DNA of 64,000 bases from Deltaproteobacteria bacterium (GTDB lineage Bacteria > Desulfobacterota > Desulfobulbia > Desulfobulbales > Desulfurivibrionaceae), in NCBI GenBank assembly GCA_013349285.1, contig DUZU01000005.1:19772-83771 (forward strand). The letters run 5' to 3'. Below the pieces are notes generated by a model, which worked only from the letters and a program-made list of their open reading frames with translations, was not told the DNA's origin and searched no databases. The position numbers and the translations under genes are program-made. Shown here piece by piece: positions 62,862 through 64,000 of the stretch (positions are counted from its first letter, which is position 1; each line of letters starts with the position of its first letter).

Positions 62862-63032
62862 TCAATCGTAGATGATGCAGTTCCAGCGTGAGAGGAGTTC
62901 CTCGGTTTCTTCATCGAGCTTATGGGCCACTTCGTGGATCTGGTATTCGTGGCCGCATTTATTGCATTTCATGCGGATGCGCCAGCATGATCTGGCAACC
63001 TCGAGCTTTCCCTTGCATTTATCACATTCCAT
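62862..63032 (-). CDS. 56-aa dual-CxxC zinc-ribbon protein, not in the ORF track
   Basis: Manual translation gives MECDKCKGKLEVARSCWRIRMKCNKCGHEYQIHEVAHKLDEETEELLSRWNCIIYD*. Lies 18 nt downstream of pyrE on the same strand, and the terminator follows. Confidence 0.5.
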   Translation of the reverse strand: MECDKCKGKLEVARSCWRIRMKCNKCGHEYQIHEVAHKLDEETEELLSRWNCIIYD

Positions 63033-63050
63033 AATCCTGTCCCAATGTTA

Positions 63051-63602
63051 TTACTTGAGAAGGCTTTCTCTGGTGAAAATGGCTTCCAGGGGGTAACCTT
63101 TTTCCGCCAGGGCCTCGGCGCCGCCTTCCTGGCGATCGACAACCGTAATCACCTGGCCCACCTTAAAGCCCTGGGCTTCAACCCGCTCGATAACCTGGAG
63201 CAGGGTGCCGCCGGTGGTGACCACGTCCTCAAGCAGGGCGACGGTGCAGCCGGCCGGCATGTTTTTCAGCCCTTCGATGTATTGGCCGGTGCCGTGGCCT
63301 TTTGATTCTTTGCGGACAATAAAGGCCGGGATCGGGGCATTTTCAAGAAAACTGGCGATGGACGCCGCTGTAACCAGCGGGTCGGCGCCAAGGGTCATCC
63401 CGCCTACCGCATCGATTTTTTTCGGGCTTTTTTGGATAGTCTCAAAGATAAGTTTGCCGCAAAGATAGGCGCCTTCCGCGGAAAGGGTGGTCTGTTTGCC
63501 GTCGATGTAGAAATCAGACTCCTTGCCGGAAGAAAGGGTGAAGGTGCCTTCGCGATATGATTTTTCAAGAAGAAGTTTTTTAAGTTTTTCTTTGTCGCTC
63601 AC
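63051..63602 (-). CDS. pyrE: orotate phosphoribosyltransferase
   Basis: 183 aa with the PRPP-binding loop VALLEDVVTTGGT. Confidence 0.95.
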   Translation of the reverse strand: MSDKEKLKKLLLEKSYREGTFTLSSGKESDFYIDGKQTTLSAEGAYLCGKLIFETIQKSPKKIDAVGGMTLGADPLVTAASIASFLENAPIPAFIVRKESKGHGTGQYIEGLKNMPAGCTVALLEDVVTTGGTLLQVIERVEAQGFKVGQVITVVDRQEGGAEALAEKGYPLEAIFTRESLLK

Positions 63603-63676
63603 TGAAACATCCTTTTTGCAAATAGTTATTAAGGAGGTAGTTGAACTACCATCTTATAATAATGGGCTGAATTGTG

Positions 63677-64000
63677 CTACTTCATCTTTTTGAAGTAGGT
63701 GGCCAGGTTTGCCTTGCTGCTGATTGTCGGTTCGATCAGCCCTTCTTTTGACGACATGGCGATCATTACCCCCGGGCCGTGCCCGGCCAGCACGCAGCTT
63801 GCATGTACCACAATTCCGATCACCACGCTACCGGTTTTGTAGATCCGGCCGTAGGTGGCATCGGCGTCGATGATGGCGACAAAATCCCCCAGGCGCAGGT
63901 CCTCCAGGCCATACTCTTCGACGGTCGGCGCATCAAACAGCTGAATATCGTAATCGCCGGTATGGCTATGGCTGGAACCGATGCCCGATCCCATGATCTT
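63677..64000 (-). CDS. hypothetical protein, C-terminal part (ORF open to the window edge)
   Basis: The reading frame stays open past 63994 to position 64000. Balanced composition and no family recognised with confidence. Confidence 0.45.
   Translation of the reverse strand, partial: KIMGSGIGSSHSHTGDYDIQLFDAPTVEEYGLEDLRLGDFVAIIDADATYGRIYKTGSVVIGIVVHASCVLAGHGPGVMIAMSSKEGLIEPTISSKANLATYFKKMK

Noticed and set aside
1-64000. Mobile elements, prophage, defence islands or toxin-antitoxin pairs.
   Set aside because: No integrase, transposase, restriction-modification, Cas or small paired ORFs were recognised. Gene content and spacing look like core chromosome throughout.

Overview
Chromosomal, mostly housekeeping window from a moderately GC-rich anaerobe. 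The gene content points, by inference only, to a Desulfobacterota (Desulfobulbales-like) genome: anchored and secreted multihaem cytochromes c, a cytochrome/NrfC/NrfD module, a fused AccA-AccD carboxyltransferase and FapA/DUF342. I recognised no rRNA, tRNA, CRISPR array, transposase or integrase.

Gene order:
- trpG(3' end)-trpD-trpC-trpF.
- A minus-strand envelope-stress unit: ECF sigma, zf-HC2 anti-sigma, DegP and a Gly-zipper lipoprotein.
- ptsH-ptsI-thiL.
- A catalytically dead thioredoxin-fold/TPR protein and a large polytopic membrane protein.
- A tetrahaem cytochrome c / NrfC-like / NrfD-like operon, convergent with a heptahaem cytochrome.
- uvrB, a DUF374 protein, a monohaem cytochrome, a GlxA/AraC regulator and adk.
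- An RCK K+ channel with an aberrant TVGYE filter, then FapA.
- A long minus-strand block: corC-lnt-prfB (programmed +1 frameshift), a CCG Fe-S protein, a DsbA-like protein, phoH and ybeY fused in frame to pdxJ.
- A non-canonical biotin carboxylase / AccA-AccD / BCCP-like / BirA cluster, then a GT2 glycosyltransferase.
- A chemosensory operon: receptor-cheW-cheA-cheR-cheD-cheB-(HEAT-repeat receiver).
- fbp, glnS, gltX, era, a REC-REC histidine kinase, an RNB-family exoribonuclease, a 56-aa zinc-ribbon ORF and pyrE.

The most interesting signal is the chemoreceptor. It is a single ORF in which an intact periplasmic alpha-carbonic anhydrase is fused, through a His-rich linker and a TM helix, to a complete HAMP-less methyl-accepting chemotaxis protein. 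The operon has no stand-alone CheY.

The fusion junction lies exactly on a T8 homopolymer. A change of one T in either direction would split the ORF into two conventionally arranged genes. The ybeY-pdxJ fusion sits next to an A7 tract in the same way. Both fusions therefore need read-level verification before being treated as biology.
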